Shown piece after piece: positions 17,949 to 27,611 of a stretch of DNA of 33,234 nucleotides (positions are counted from its first letter, which is position 1; each line of letters starts with the position of its first letter). The translations under genes were made by a program, and so were the position numbers. The notes beneath the pieces are model-generated. The model was not told where the DNA came from. It was given only the letters and a program-made list of their open reading frames with translations, and did no database searches. The stretch is from Gemmatimonadaceae bacterium (GTDB lineage Bacteria > Gemmatimonadota > Gemmatimonadetes > Gemmatimonadales > Gemmatimonadaceae): positions 1 to 33,234 of the forward strand of contig JBDSBT010000305.1 in the NCBI GenBank assembly GCA_039921425.1, written 5' to 3'.

Positions 17949-19411
17949 CGCCCGAGCCATCGCTTGTCGCGACTGCGAATCAAGGCCTCGTCCTGCACGA
18001 GATAAGCAAGAAGTTTGAGAAAGTCGTCGCGCTCGATAGTGCGTCACTCGCAGTTCGTTCAGGATCCATTCACGCCTTGCTCGGTGAGAACGGAGCCGGC
18101 AAGACCACTTTGATGCGGATTGCATTCGGCATGATCAGGCCTGATACGGGCACGATTCGCATCAATGACAATCTCTTTTCATTTGCATCTCCGGCCGACG
18201 CAATTGCTGCGGGCCTTGGAATGGTTCATCAACAGTTCTCCCTTGTTCCGGAGATGACCGTTGCTGAGAACGTCGCGCTGGGCGGCAAGGGTCGATACGA
18301 CAATCGACAGACAGCAGCACGTGTTGCAGAGATCGCCGCAAAGTTGGGAATGACGATGAATCCGCTCGCAAAGGTAAGGAATCTGACGGCATCGGAACGT
18401 CAGAAGGTCGAGATCATCCGGACATTTGCCCATCAGGCGACTACGCTCATACTGGATGAGCCTACCGCTGTACTGACGCCTCGCGACATCGGTGACCTGT
18501 TCGTCCAGCTGAGAGCGTTTGCCACGAACGGCGGAAGCGTTGTGCTGATCACTCACAAGCTCCACGATGCACTCGAACATGCTGACGAAGTCACCGTCTT
18601 GCGAAAAGGCCGCGTAGCGTTAAGTGGGTCAATCACGGATGTCACCGAATCGGCTCTTGCGAACGCGATGCTCGGACAAATGCAGATCAGAACACCACGA
18701 AACGACCGGCCAACAGCCGTCTCATCGCAGCGTGTCCTTGAGCTCAAGGAAGTCTCTCTTCGGGATCGTCACGGCATCAAGCAACTGGCTCACGTTTCTC
18801 TCGATGTCACTCAAGGTGAGATCGTGGGAGTCGCAGCGCTCGAAGGCGCAGCCCGAAGCATGCTGCGAATGATGGCCGGCCGGACTGAGCCTGCGTCGGG
18901 TGACATTGTTCGTCCAGCATCGATTGGCTTTGTGCCGGAGGACCGATCGCAGGATGCGCTGATCCCTGAATTCACCCTTACCGAGAACTTTGCTCTTCGC
19001 AATTCCGCACAACGGTCAGGCCGCGTCGATTGGCCAATGACGCGTGTGCTAACCGAGACTGTCATAAAAGAATACGACGTCCGTACGCCTGGTCCGGATA
19101 TCAGTATCAGCAGTCTCTCCGGAGGCAATCAGCAGAAATTCGTTCTTGGCCGAGAGCTGGCCGGCCACCCGGATCTGTTGATACTCGAGAATCCAACACA
19201 GGGTCTCGACGTTCACGCTGTGGCTGCCATTCACGAAAAGGTTCGCTCGGCATGCAAGACCGGAACTGCAATCGTCTACTACTCGAGCGACCTGGATGAG
19301 CTCGCCGCACTGTCAGACCGTGTCATTGTCGTAGCCGATGGCACTATCAGCGAAACGACACCCGACCGAACGCTTATCGGTCAATCTCTTCTGTCAACGA
19401 CATCTACATGA
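17945..19411 (+). CDS. CUT2/nucleoside ABC transporter ATP-binding protein (tandem ABC domains)
   Basis: GENGAGKT, GMVHQQF, LILDEPT, ITHKL; second domain FVPEDR, LSGGNQQK, SSDLDEL. Confidence 0.94.
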   Translation: MTPEPSLVATANQGLVLHEISKKFEKVVALDSASLAVRSGSIHALLGENGAGKTTLMRIAFGMIRPDTGTIRINDNLFSFASPADAIAAGLGMVHQQFSLVPEMTVAENVALGGKGRYDNRQTAARVAEIAAKLGMTMNPLAKVRNLTASERQKVEIIRTFAHQATTLILDEPTAVLTPRDIGDLFVQLRAFATNGGSVVLITHKLHDALEHADEVTVLRKGRVALSGSITDVTESALANAMLGQMQIRTPRNDRPTAVSSQRVLELKEVSLRDRHGIKQLAHVSLDVTQGEIVGVAALEGAARSMLRMMAGRTEPASGDIVRPASIGFVPEDRSQDALIPEFTLTENFALRNSAQRSGRVDWPMTRVLTETVIKEYDVRTPGPDISISSLSGGNQQKFVLGRELAGHPDLLILENPTQGLDVHAVAAIHEKVRSACKTGTAIVYYSSDLDELAALSDRVIVVADGTISETTPDRTLIGQSLLSTTST

Positions 19412-20325
19412 CAGCAGAAGGCGTGCTTGCAGCGGATGCACTTGTAAGAGCAGTTCCGTTGATACTCACCGGATTGGCTGTCGGCCTGTCCTTCAGGGCA
19501 GGTGTTTTCAACCTCGGCGCCGAAGGCCAGCTGCTGGTAGGCGCGACGGCGTCGGCTCTGGTGAGCATCAAGCTCTCTGGATCTGCCGGATTTCTTGTGC
19601 TTCCAATTGCGCTCACAACTGGCGCCGTTGCGGGAGCACTATGGGCTGCGGTCGCGGCCGAGCTGAAGCGAAGATTTCATGTGCTGGAAATCATAAGCAC
19701 TATCATGCTCAACTTTATCGCGATACATCTCGTCTCGTTTCTCGTACGCGGGCCGATGCAGGAGCCGACACGCATCTACCCGCAGACAGTGGCCCTCGCG
19801 GAAAGCGCTCGTCTGCCGATCGTTCTCGCAAATACTCGCCTGCATGCCGGATTCATCGTGGCACTGGCTATCGCATTCGCGCTTGCGTGGATTATGAAGC
19901 AAACGGAAGTAGGATTTCGCATTCGCGCGATTGGCGCGAGTCCGATGGCAGCTGAAAGTGCCGCGATGATTGACGTGAGTCGAATGTCGTGGGCAGTCCT
20001 TTGCTGCAGCGGTGCAATTGCCGGATTGGCAGGAGCAATCGAAGTCAGCGGCGTCACCTTCGCACTCTATGAAAACATCTCACCTGGCTATGGATACACC
20101 GCTATCGCTGTTGCGCTGATAGCCGGGCTCAGTCCCCTTGGGATTGTCGCGTCGGGAATTTTTTTCGGAGTGCTGGAAACCGGTGCAGCCGCACTTCAGC
20201 GTGATTTTGCAATTCCTTCTTCGATCGCAGGGATGATAGAAGCCTCTCTCATCCTGTCGACACTCGTGTTTGCAGCGATGCGGAAGCACTACACGCTGTT
20301 TGCTCGAAGGGAAAAAACAGCGTGA
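19408..20325 (+). CDS. Nucleoside ABC transporter permease (BPD_transp_2, NupB/YufP-like)
   Basis: PLILTGLA, FNLGAEGQ, EIISTIMLN, GFRIRAIG, GYGYTAIAVAL. Confidence 0.92.
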   Translation: MTAEGVLAADALVRAVPLILTGLAVGLSFRAGVFNLGAEGQLLVGATASALVSIKLSGSAGFLVLPIALTTGAVAGALWAAVAAELKRRFHVLEIISTIMLNFIAIHLVSFLVRGPMQEPTRIYPQTVALAESARLPIVLANTRLHAGFIVALAIAFALAWIMKQTEVGFRIRAIGASPMAAESAAMIDVSRMSWAVLCCSGAIAGLAGAIEVSGVTFALYENISPGYGYTAIAVALIAGLSPLGIVASGIFFGVLETGAAALQRDFAIPSSIAGMIEASLILSTLVFAAMRKHYTLFARREKTA

Positions 20326-21233
20326 GTGCAATCGAGACTTTTCTCGAAGGAACGATACGCACTGCCACTCCACTGGCCCTCGCAGCCCTCGGTGAGACGG
20401 TCACTGAGCGAGCAGGAATCATAAACATCGGGCTCGAGGGTGCCATTATCGCTGGCGCGTTTGGAGCATTTGTCGCTACGGGGTTCGGAGGAGTCTGGGC
20501 AGGTCTGGCTGGCGCCGGTGTCGCTGGAGGGTTGATCGCGGCAGTCTTTGCATTCTTTGTCATACGCCTACGCGCCGATCAGATAATCAGCGGGACAGCG
20601 ATCAGCCTGTTCAGTCTTGGACTGACCTCCACGTTGTATCGACAGATATACGGCGCTACAGGAGCCGCGCTCAGCATCCCGACCATGGGAGCCGCATCGG
20701 TACCCGTTCTTTCGCTAATCCCGTTTATTGGGAAAGCGTTATTCGATCAGCCGCCGGTTGCCTATTTGCTCTACCTGCTCGTGCCGTCAACATGGTGGTG
20801 GATGTACCGCACCCACAGCGGACTTTCGTTGAGAGCGATTGGGGAAGATCCGCGCGCTGCTGCGGCAGCAGGCGTTTCAGTATCGAGAACGCAACTGCTG
20901 GCCGTGCTTTTCGGCGGTTGTCTCGGTGGGGTCGCTGGCGGTGTTCTTGTGGTTGCGCAATCCGGCTCGTTTGCCGAAGGAATGTCGGCAGGACGCGGGT
21001 TCATTGCGATCGCGGTGGTTGTGCTGGGACGCTGGCATCCCCTAGGTGCAATTACGGCGGCACTGATTTTTGCGGCAGCAAGCGCTCTTCAATATTTCTT
21101 TCAGGCGATGGGCTGGGCAGTTCCGTATCAGGTTTTTCTTGCCCTTCCATATGCCTTGACGCTTCTAGGCCTGGCAGGTATCGCTGGTAGAGCGGTTCCG
21201 CCTGGTTCACTGGGGAAATGGCAGGCGCTTTGA
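20322..21233 (+). CDS. Nucleoside ABC transporter permease (NupC/YufQ-like)
   Basis: ATPLALAALGE, ERAGIINIGLEG, LRAIGEDP, GRGFIAIA, LPYALT. Confidence 0.93.
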   Translation: MSAIETFLEGTIRTATPLALAALGETVTERAGIINIGLEGAIIAGAFGAFVATGFGGVWAGLAGAGVAGGLIAAVFAFFVIRLRADQIISGTAISLFSLGLTSTLYRQIYGATGAALSIPTMGAASVPVLSLIPFIGKALFDQPPVAYLLYLLVPSTWWWMYRTHSGLSLRAIGEDPRAAAAAGVSVSRTQLLAVLFGGCLGGVAGGVLVVAQSGSFAEGMSAGRGFIAIAVVVLGRWHPLGAITAALIFAAASALQYFFQAMGWAVPYQVFLALPYALTLLGLAGIAGRAVPPGSLGKWQAL

Positions 21234-21245
21234 TTTGAAGAAGAC

Positions 21246-22181
21246 TCAGCAGCCGGTGTAGGCACTACGCCATTTGATCTTCCAGTCATGGGGAGCCACT
21301 CGTTCGAGAAGGGCTATTTGTCCCCCGTCATCATATTCGAACGAAAGAATGATTGCTGCCTGTTTCGTCCGCACAAATCTCACGGCTGCGAGAACCGCAT
21401 TGGTTCGGATTGCATCTTCGGGTCCAGCTGATCGGTTCTGGAACGAGAGTAGATATTTCCCCGTTTTTCCTATTCGCTCGGCAACGAGAAGCAAGTGCTC
21501 TTCGCGAGGGTTTGCCTCTTCATTGATTTTTCTTACGACGCTTCCAAAAAGTACGGCCGTGTCACCAATGGAGAGTTGATACGCCTTTCGCACTGCAAAC
21601 GGCAAACCTTGAAAGGCGGGATTTCTATTTGCTGCCGTCGCCTCCGATGCCAGTCTGGCGAGTTCGATCGCGCTGCTGGATGAGTCACTGGAACCCAGTT
21701 CTTCGATCGGATGAATCAGGATTGCCGTCGCCTTTCCAGCCGTGAGTCCGATTCTCCAATCCTTTGCCGGTTTCGAGGTAAGCCGGACACTCGGCCAGGC
21801 GAGGCATCCTTCGGCGGGCTGTTGTTGCTGGTTAACGGTAAGAGTGGAGGTTCCAGCAAGACCACCAGTATTGAAAAGATCTACCGATGCGTTAGCAAAC
21901 GCTGTAGCATCAGTCGTAATCGTTTTTGTTAGACTGCTGTCGGTTTCTTCCGGGAGGACGAGCTCAGCCTCGACCCTGTCATCCGCTACCGACAAGAGGA
22001 CGAAAGTCCCAGCCGCTGGCGCATCCCATCCCGTATTGCGCGGAGGCGTGCCCGCGGTGGCGGATAACGATACGGAATCGACGGCAGGGGTGCTTGTCTT
22101 TTGCTGATCATCCGTCGCGCATGCAGCCGCGACAAGAATAAATCCGACGAGGCTAATTGCGACGAAGCGAGTAGTACTCAT
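21246..22181 (-). CDS. Hypothetical lipoprotein
   Basis: MSTTRF + hydrophobic stretch + lipobox VAAA-C, low-complexity tether, beta-rich mature region ending YTGC; no family recognised. Confidence 0.8.
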   Translation of the reverse strand: MSTTRFVAISLVGFILVAAACATDDQQKTSTPAVDSVSLSATAGTPPRNTGWDAPAAGTFVLLSVADDRVEAELVLPEETDSSLTKTITTDATAFANASVDLFNTGGLAGTSTLTVNQQQQPAEGCLAWPSVRLTSKPAKDWRIGLTAGKATAILIHPIEELGSSDSSSSAIELARLASEATAANRNPAFQGLPFAVRKAYQLSIGDTAVLFGSVVRKINEEANPREEHLLLVAERIGKTGKYLLSFQNRSAGPEDAIRTNAVLAAVRFVRTKQAAIILSFEYDDGGQIALLERVAPHDWKIKWRSAYTGC

Positions 22182-22283
22182 AAGTGATAATTTGTAGCCC
22201 CTCAAGGCATTGCGTCGAGTCGGAAAGCGAGTTAGTCGCAATATTCGACCGCGCCTAAGCGTAGCACCTCACCCAAGGGTCTG

Positions 22284-23714
22284 ATGACACACCCATCCCA
22301 CATGTCGACGGTGGTTACTGCGTCAGGAGAACTTGTCGCGCAACGCGCCCGGACACTAGAACGATGGAGCTGGGCATTCTACGACTTTTCCAACACGATA
22401 TTCTCAATGAATATCGCGACTTTGTTTTTCGCGGTGTGGCTCGTCGATGATTTGCATGGCACTAACACGATGGTCGCGATCGGGAACGGGGTGTCGTCAG
22501 CATTGGTAGCGCTTTCCATTCCGTTGTTCGGAGCCATCTCGGACTCCAGCCAGAGAAGAAAGCCATGGGTTGTGTGGTTTACTCTTGCTGCTGTTGTCGC
22601 AACGATTTTCATGGGAGTGGTTGGCCAATTCCGGGTGCCTCTCATCGGTGAGGCAGTTCTCGACCCAACAGTAGCTTCCTACACACTTCATGGCGCTGCC
22701 GCTGCTGCAATCATTACTTCGTTTATCATCGCGAACTACGCGTATCAGGGAGCGCAGCCTTTTTACAACGCGATGATGTTCGAGCTGGCACCGCCTGTTG
22801 AACAAGGGCGTCTTTCGGGACTGGGAACCGCTCTTGGATACGTCGGGTCAATCGTCGGGGTGTTGCTGGTCACTCCGTTCTTCAACGGGAAGGTCCCGGT
22901 CGCTGGAGCGTTGCCACCGGGCTTTCTGCATGCGATGCGCACGATATTCCCGTTCACGAGCCACGCCGGCAGAGTTTCCACCTTTGCCCCAACGGGAATT
23001 CTTTTTCTGCTCTTTTCTTTACCACTCTTTTTCTTCTGCAGGGATCACAACGCCAGGCGAGTCACGAGCGGAATTCCCTGGCGGAAGGGATTCCAAGACC
23101 TCCGTAACACGGTCCGCGACGCAAGAAAATATCCGGGGACCATCCGCTTCATCCTGGCTTCTTTTCTATATCAAGATGCTATCGGAACTATTGTCGCCAA
23201 CATGGCCCTGTATGCAGTAAAGGCGATGGATTTCAAGAAAGGACTCGAGACCACGTTGTTCGTCGCTCTCACAGTTCCTGCCGTTATCGGAAGTTATGCA
23301 ATCGGAAAAATGGTCGATCGCATCGGCCCCAAGAAGAGCTTGATGTTCACAATTACATGCTGGGTCGTCTTGTTAGTTGCAATGATTTTTGTTCCCAACC
23401 AGATGTCGTTCTGGATCGTTGGCGCGGCAATTGGCTTGATCTTCGGTGGTGTACCGACTGCTGAACGGCCGATGCTCATGACACTTGTTCCCGATGTCGA
23501 GGCCGGAAGATTCTTCAGCCTCATGGTTCTGTCATCGCGCGCTGCGGCAATCGTCGGCCCGTTTGTGTGGGCCATTACCGTTGACGGGCTGCTGCCTTCT
23601 TACGGAACCGGGTTCGCCTACAGGGCTGGAGTCGTCACGGTTGCGATCGGAATGCTTGGCTCGCTCGCACTTTTGTGGGCTGTTCCTGACCGGTGGCAGC
23701 GTTCGTCGGCCTGA
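22284..23714 (+). CDS. MFS transporter, Atg22/UMF1-like
   Basis: SWAFYDFSN, PLFGAISD, FYNAMM, GRLSGLGTALGYVG, FLYQDAI, DRIGPK; about 12 TM segments. Confidence 0.9.
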   Translation: MTHPSHMSTVVTASGELVAQRARTLERWSWAFYDFSNTIFSMNIATLFFAVWLVDDLHGTNTMVAIGNGVSSALVALSIPLFGAISDSSQRRKPWVVWFTLAAVVATIFMGVVGQFRVPLIGEAVLDPTVASYTLHGAAAAAIITSFIIANYAYQGAQPFYNAMMFELAPPVEQGRLSGLGTALGYVGSIVGVLLVTPFFNGKVPVAGALPPGFLHAMRTIFPFTSHAGRVSTFAPTGILFLLFSLPLFFFCRDHNARRVTSGIPWRKGFQDLRNTVRDARKYPGTIRFILASFLYQDAIGTIVANMALYAVKAMDFKKGLETTLFVALTVPAVIGSYAIGKMVDRIGPKKSLMFTITCWVVLLVAMIFVPNQMSFWIVGAAIGLIFGGVPTAERPMLMTLVPDVEAGRFFSLMVLSSRAAAIVGPFVWAITVDGLLPSYGTGFAYRAGVVTVAIGMLGSLALLWAVPDRWQRSSA

Positions 23715-23726
23715 GCTTTCGCGACC

Positions 23727-24689
23727 GTGATATACGGACTCTTCCGGTGGTTTACTGGAATCGCTCTTCACTGGTTCTATTCGAATATTGAAGTAGTCGC
23801 GAAGGAACGAATTCCGGTTGAAGGACCCGTTCTGCTCGCGGCCAGCCATCACAACGCGCTCGTAGATTGCCTGATAGCCGGCTGGATCATACCGCGACGT
23901 TTAACCATCACGGCGAAAGCAACCTTGATGGACAACGCATTTCTCGCGTGGTTGCTGCCGGCAGTTGGAGTCGTGCCACTGAGGCGTGCTTCGGATGAAC
24001 GTGCGGCACGATCAAGCGGGGACATCAGCCAAACGAGAAATATCAATGCATTTAGAAATCTTATTGATGCTCTCGAGGCCGGACGGATGGTCCTGATCTT
24101 CCCGGAAGGGAAGAGCCACAGTGAGCCGGCTCTAGCTCCGTTGAAAACCGGAATTGCCCGAATCGCCCTCGAGGCCCGCGATATTCGTGGAATTCCTGGA
24201 CTTCAGATCAATCCACTCGGATTGAGCTTTGAAGATAAAGCCAATCCTGGAACTGCCGTGCTTGCAGAGTTTGGTGAGCCAATAAGAATGGACGACATTG
24301 GCTCGATCAACGTGGCGTCACTCACGCAACTGATTGAAGACAGACTCGCCGCCGTCTCACTGAAGCAGCCGCAGATTTCCGCTAACCGAGATCTGATTAA
24401 GCGAAAAGGTGTGATTCGCCCGTTAGGGTCACCCCTGATTGCCTGGGGCGAGCTGACACACCGCTACATCATCAACAAAGCACGTGATATTGCCCTCGCA
24501 CGAAGCAAGAATCCCGATGACCCAGCCATGCTGACGATCATTTTCGGGCTTGTGTTAATTCTTCTATCCTATGCAGTTCAATTCGCGATCGTTACCGCCC
24601 TACTCAATCCTTGGTGGGCAGCCCTCTACACTGCAAGCCTTCCGCTAGGTGCCTATTGGGCGGCCTATAAGAGCCATCATACCCTTTAA
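23727..24689 (+). CDS. PlsC-like lysophospholipid/glycerolipid acyltransferase with C-terminal TM hairpin
   Basis: Block I SHHNALVD (HxxxxD), AKATL, block III IFPEGKS, KTGIAR; two hydrophobic helices at the C-terminus. Confidence 0.9.
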   Translation: MIYGLFRWFTGIALHWFYSNIEVVAKERIPVEGPVLLAASHHNALVDCLIAGWIIPRRLTITAKATLMDNAFLAWLLPAVGVVPLRRASDERAARSSGDISQTRNINAFRNLIDALEAGRMVLIFPEGKSHSEPALAPLKTGIARIALEARDIRGIPGLQINPLGLSFEDKANPGTAVLAEFGEPIRMDDIGSINVASLTQLIEDRLAAVSLKQPQISANRDLIKRKGVIRPLGSPLIAWGELTHRYIINKARDIALARSKNPDDPAMLTIIFGLVLILLSYAVQFAIVTALLNPWWAALYTASLPLGAYWAAYKSHHTL

Positions 24690-24705
24690 ACTTCTGGCCG
24701 CGGAC

Positions 24706-27606
24706 CTATTTCGTCTCTAGCCAATTGATGCCAGCTCCCAGGTCCACTACGAGTGGAACACTCAGCTGTGCCGCATTTTCCATCTCCTTTTTCACCAACA
24801 CCTGGATAGCTGCAAGCTCGTCAGGCGGCACTTCGAACACGAGCTCATCGTGTACCTGTAGCAGCATCTTTGCCTTGAACCCGCCTTCAGCCAGCACCCT
24901 GTCAATTCGAATCATCGCAATCTTGATCAGGTCGGCCGCTGAGCCCTGAATTGGAGAATTAGCTGCTGTCCGCTCGCCAAATGCGCGAATGTTGAAATTC
25001 CTTTCGCGCAGCTCCGGAATGTATCGACGTCGGTTGAAAATTGTCTGCACGTATCCGTGCTGTCGAGCGAACTCCACCATCGAGTCGAGATATTCACGAA
25101 TTCCGCGAAATCGCTCGAAGTAGAGTCGAATGAACTCCTTCGCTTCGGAGTGTTCGATCTTGAGCTGTCTCGACAAAGCGTGCGCACCCTGTCCGTATAT
25201 CGTTGCGAAGTTGATCGTCTTCGCACGGCCACGCATTTCCGATGTGACGCTCTCTAAAGGAACATCGAAGATGATCGACGCCGTCTGCCGGTGAATGTCT
25301 CCGCCGGCCCTGAACGCCTTCACAAAGGCTGGATCACTCGAAAGATGGGCGAGAAGTCTCAGCTCGATCTGCGAATAGTCAGCGCCGAGTAGCGTCCAGC
25401 CAGAACGAGGAATGAATCCTTTTCGTATGGCGCGTCCCAGCTCTCGACGAATGGGAATATTCTGGAGGTTCGGATCGCTCGACGACAGTCGACCCGTTGC
25501 TGCGACCGTTTGATTGAACGAAGTGTGGAGTCGGCCTGTTTCAGGGTTCACCATTTGAGGCAGCGCATCGAGATAGGTACTCTCGAGTTTTGCCAGTTCC
25601 CGATATTCCATCAGCAAGTTCGGCAGTGTGTGTCCTGCATCCGCCAGTTCCTGGAGCACACTTGCGTCGGTTGACGGACCGGTGCTCGTCTTCTTCAGGA
25701 CAGGAAGCCCAAGCCGGTTAAAGAGAACGTCGCGGAGCTGCGGGTTGGAGTTGATGTTGAATTCCAGGCCGGCCGACGCGTAGATCTGTTTCTCAACTAC
25801 CTCTCTTTCTCTTCTGAACCGCTCTTTCAGTGAATGAAACCAGGGAATATCGATCGCGATGCCGGTCCATTCGACGTTCGCAAGGACATGCACGAGTGGA
25901 ATCTCGATGTCAGATAGAAGAGACTCAACGCCTGTCGTTTCGAGCTGAGGCTCGAATACCTTTCTAAGCTGTAGTGCCATGTCCGACTCTTCGCACGAAT
26001 AATCTCGCGCTGCATCAAGCGGACTTTCGTTGAAAGAGACCAGAGACTTCCCCTTTCCACAGACCTCGGTATAAGGAATCATCGAGTAGTCGAGGAACTC
26101 CACGGCAAGAACGTCCAGCCCATGTGACCTGCGTCCGGGATCGAGGACATAGCTGGCAAGCATCGTATCGAAGTCCAGTCCTTGCAGCCTTACTCCAGCT
26201 CGCCGCAGCACCAGAACGTCATGCTTGGAGTTATGCGCGGTCTTTCGAACTCGTGGGTCTTCGAGCAGATCTCGAAAGGGTTTCATCACGGGCGTATTCA
26301 GCCCGGGAAGATTTCTGACAGCTCTCCGCTCCTCTGCCCTAGCTTTCAGCTCATCACCGCCACTTACCAGTCCACGATCCTCTGCGGCATCAGTCGGCGA
26401 TCGATCACCGTCTCCATCGATCAGCAGCTCACCCTGCAAATCACCTTGCGCCTTATGCTTGAGAGGGAGGTAGTATGCTTCCCCTGGAGCGACGGCCACA
26501 CTCATCGAGACGAGAATGGAGCGGATTGGATCTGCTTTAGAGATACCTCCCGAAACAAGAACTGTTTCCGTATCCAATGCAATCAGGCCGGCACTTCGAG
26601 CTCGATCGATCAGCACGTTCAAACCTTCAACAGTGTCAATCGTCGTGTATGAGACCGGCTGCCGTTCTGCAACGGCAGCCGGCGCAGCCGCGACAATTCC
26701 GCTTGTAGTGCTCGGGAGATTTTTTACGAGAGAATGAAACTCGAGCTCTACATAGAGCTCCCGAAGCCGCGCTATATCCGGCTCGTGAACTCGCATAGTC
26801 TCGGCGTCGAATTCCACCGCTAAATTATCTCGAATTGTTACTAATTCCTTCGACAGACGCGCATTGTCCGCGTATTGAAGAAGTGCTTCGCGTGGCCGTT
26901 TCTTGATGATCTCAGAGGCATGCTCGAGAATCGACTCGAGATCTCCATATTGCGCCACGAGCTCGCAAGCGGTTTTGTCGCCAATACCTTTCACGCCTGG
27001 CACGTTGTCCGACGAATCGCCGACGAGCGCGAGATAGTCCACAACGTGCTGAGGTGGCACTCCAAGTCGTTCTCTCGCGTTCTCTACACTGACCCAATGT
27101 TCTTCGACCCCTGCCGGGCCCCCTCGTCCAGGATTGAGAAGCCAGATACCTGGCTTGACCAGTTGCTGGAAATCCTTGTCGCCTGATACAACGACAACAT
27201 TCAACTTCTGCTCGAGTCCCCTCTGAGCGAGAGTCCCGATTACGTCATCGGCTTCGAAACCAGAGAGGGATACGATCGGAATCTTGTAGGCATCGAGCAG
27301 TTCGCAGATTCTCTTCATTCCGCGGTCAAAATCCGCCTGTAGCTCCTCTGTCAGCTTCTCTCTGGTCGCCTTGTAAGCGGGATAGGTATCGTGCCTGAAC
27401 GACCGCCCCGAATCGTGAACCCATGCGATATAATCGGGCTTGTGTGTCTGCAGCAGCCGCTGGAGGAAGCTGGAGACCCCCCAGACAGCCGAAGTGTTCT
27501 CACCCTTGCTAGTTGTTAGCGGTCGGGAGATGAGGGCATAAAACGCTCGATAGATGAGCGCATATCCATCAACAAGAAACAGACGAGGAGATTCTGGAAG
27601 CTGCAT
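24706..27606 (-). CDS. polA: DNA polymerase I
   Basis: 5' nuclease (VDGYALIYRA, EADDVIG, GDSSDNVPG), 3'-5' exonuclease (LDTET), polymerase motifs TGRLSSSDPNLQN, ADYSQIELR, KTINFATIYG, QVHDEL. ATG 27606 or GTG 27609. Confidence 0.98.
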   Translation of the reverse strand: MQLPESPRLFLVDGYALIYRAFYALISRPLTTSKGENTSAVWGVSSFLQRLLQTHKPDYIAWVHDSGRSFRHDTYPAYKATREKLTEELQADFDRGMKRICELLDAYKIPIVSLSGFEADDVIGTLAQRGLEQKLNVVVVSGDKDFQQLVKPGIWLLNPGRGGPAGVEEHWVSVENARERLGVPPQHVVDYLALVGDSSDNVPGVKGIGDKTACELVAQYGDLESILEHASEIIKKRPREALLQYADNARLSKELVTIRDNLAVEFDAETMRVHEPDIARLRELYVELEFHSLVKNLPSTTSGIVAAAPAAVAERQPVSYTTIDTVEGLNVLIDRARSAGLIALDTETVLVSGGISKADPIRSILVSMSVAVAPGEAYYLPLKHKAQGDLQGELLIDGDGDRSPTDAAEDRGLVSGGDELKARAEERRAVRNLPGLNTPVMKPFRDLLEDPRVRKTAHNSKHDVLVLRRAGVRLQGLDFDTMLASYVLDPGRRSHGLDVLAVEFLDYSMIPYTEVCGKGKSLVSFNESPLDAARDYSCEESDMALQLRKVFEPQLETTGVESLLSDIEIPLVHVLANVEWTGIAIDIPWFHSLKERFRREREVVEKQIYASAGLEFNINSNPQLRDVLFNRLGLPVLKKTSTGPSTDASVLQELADAGHTLPNLLMEYRELAKLESTYLDALPQMVNPETGRLHTSFNQTVAATGRLSSSDPNLQNIPIRRELGRAIRKGFIPRSGWTLLGADYSQIELRLLAHLSSDPAFVKAFRAGGDIHRQTASIIFDVPLESVTSEMRGRAKTINFATIYGQGAHALSRQLKIEHSEAKEFIRLYFERFRGIREYLDSMVEFARQHGYVQTIFNRRRYIPELRERNFNIRAFGERTAANSPIQGSAADLIKIAMIRIDRVLAEGGFKAKMLLQVHDELVFEVPPDELAAIQVLVKKEMENAAQLSVPLVVDLGAGINWLETK

Positions 27607-27611
27607 CACTC

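Noticed and set aside
19338-19955. 205-aa alternative-frame ORF
   Set aside because: Arg/Cys-rich off-frame translation of the permease gene.
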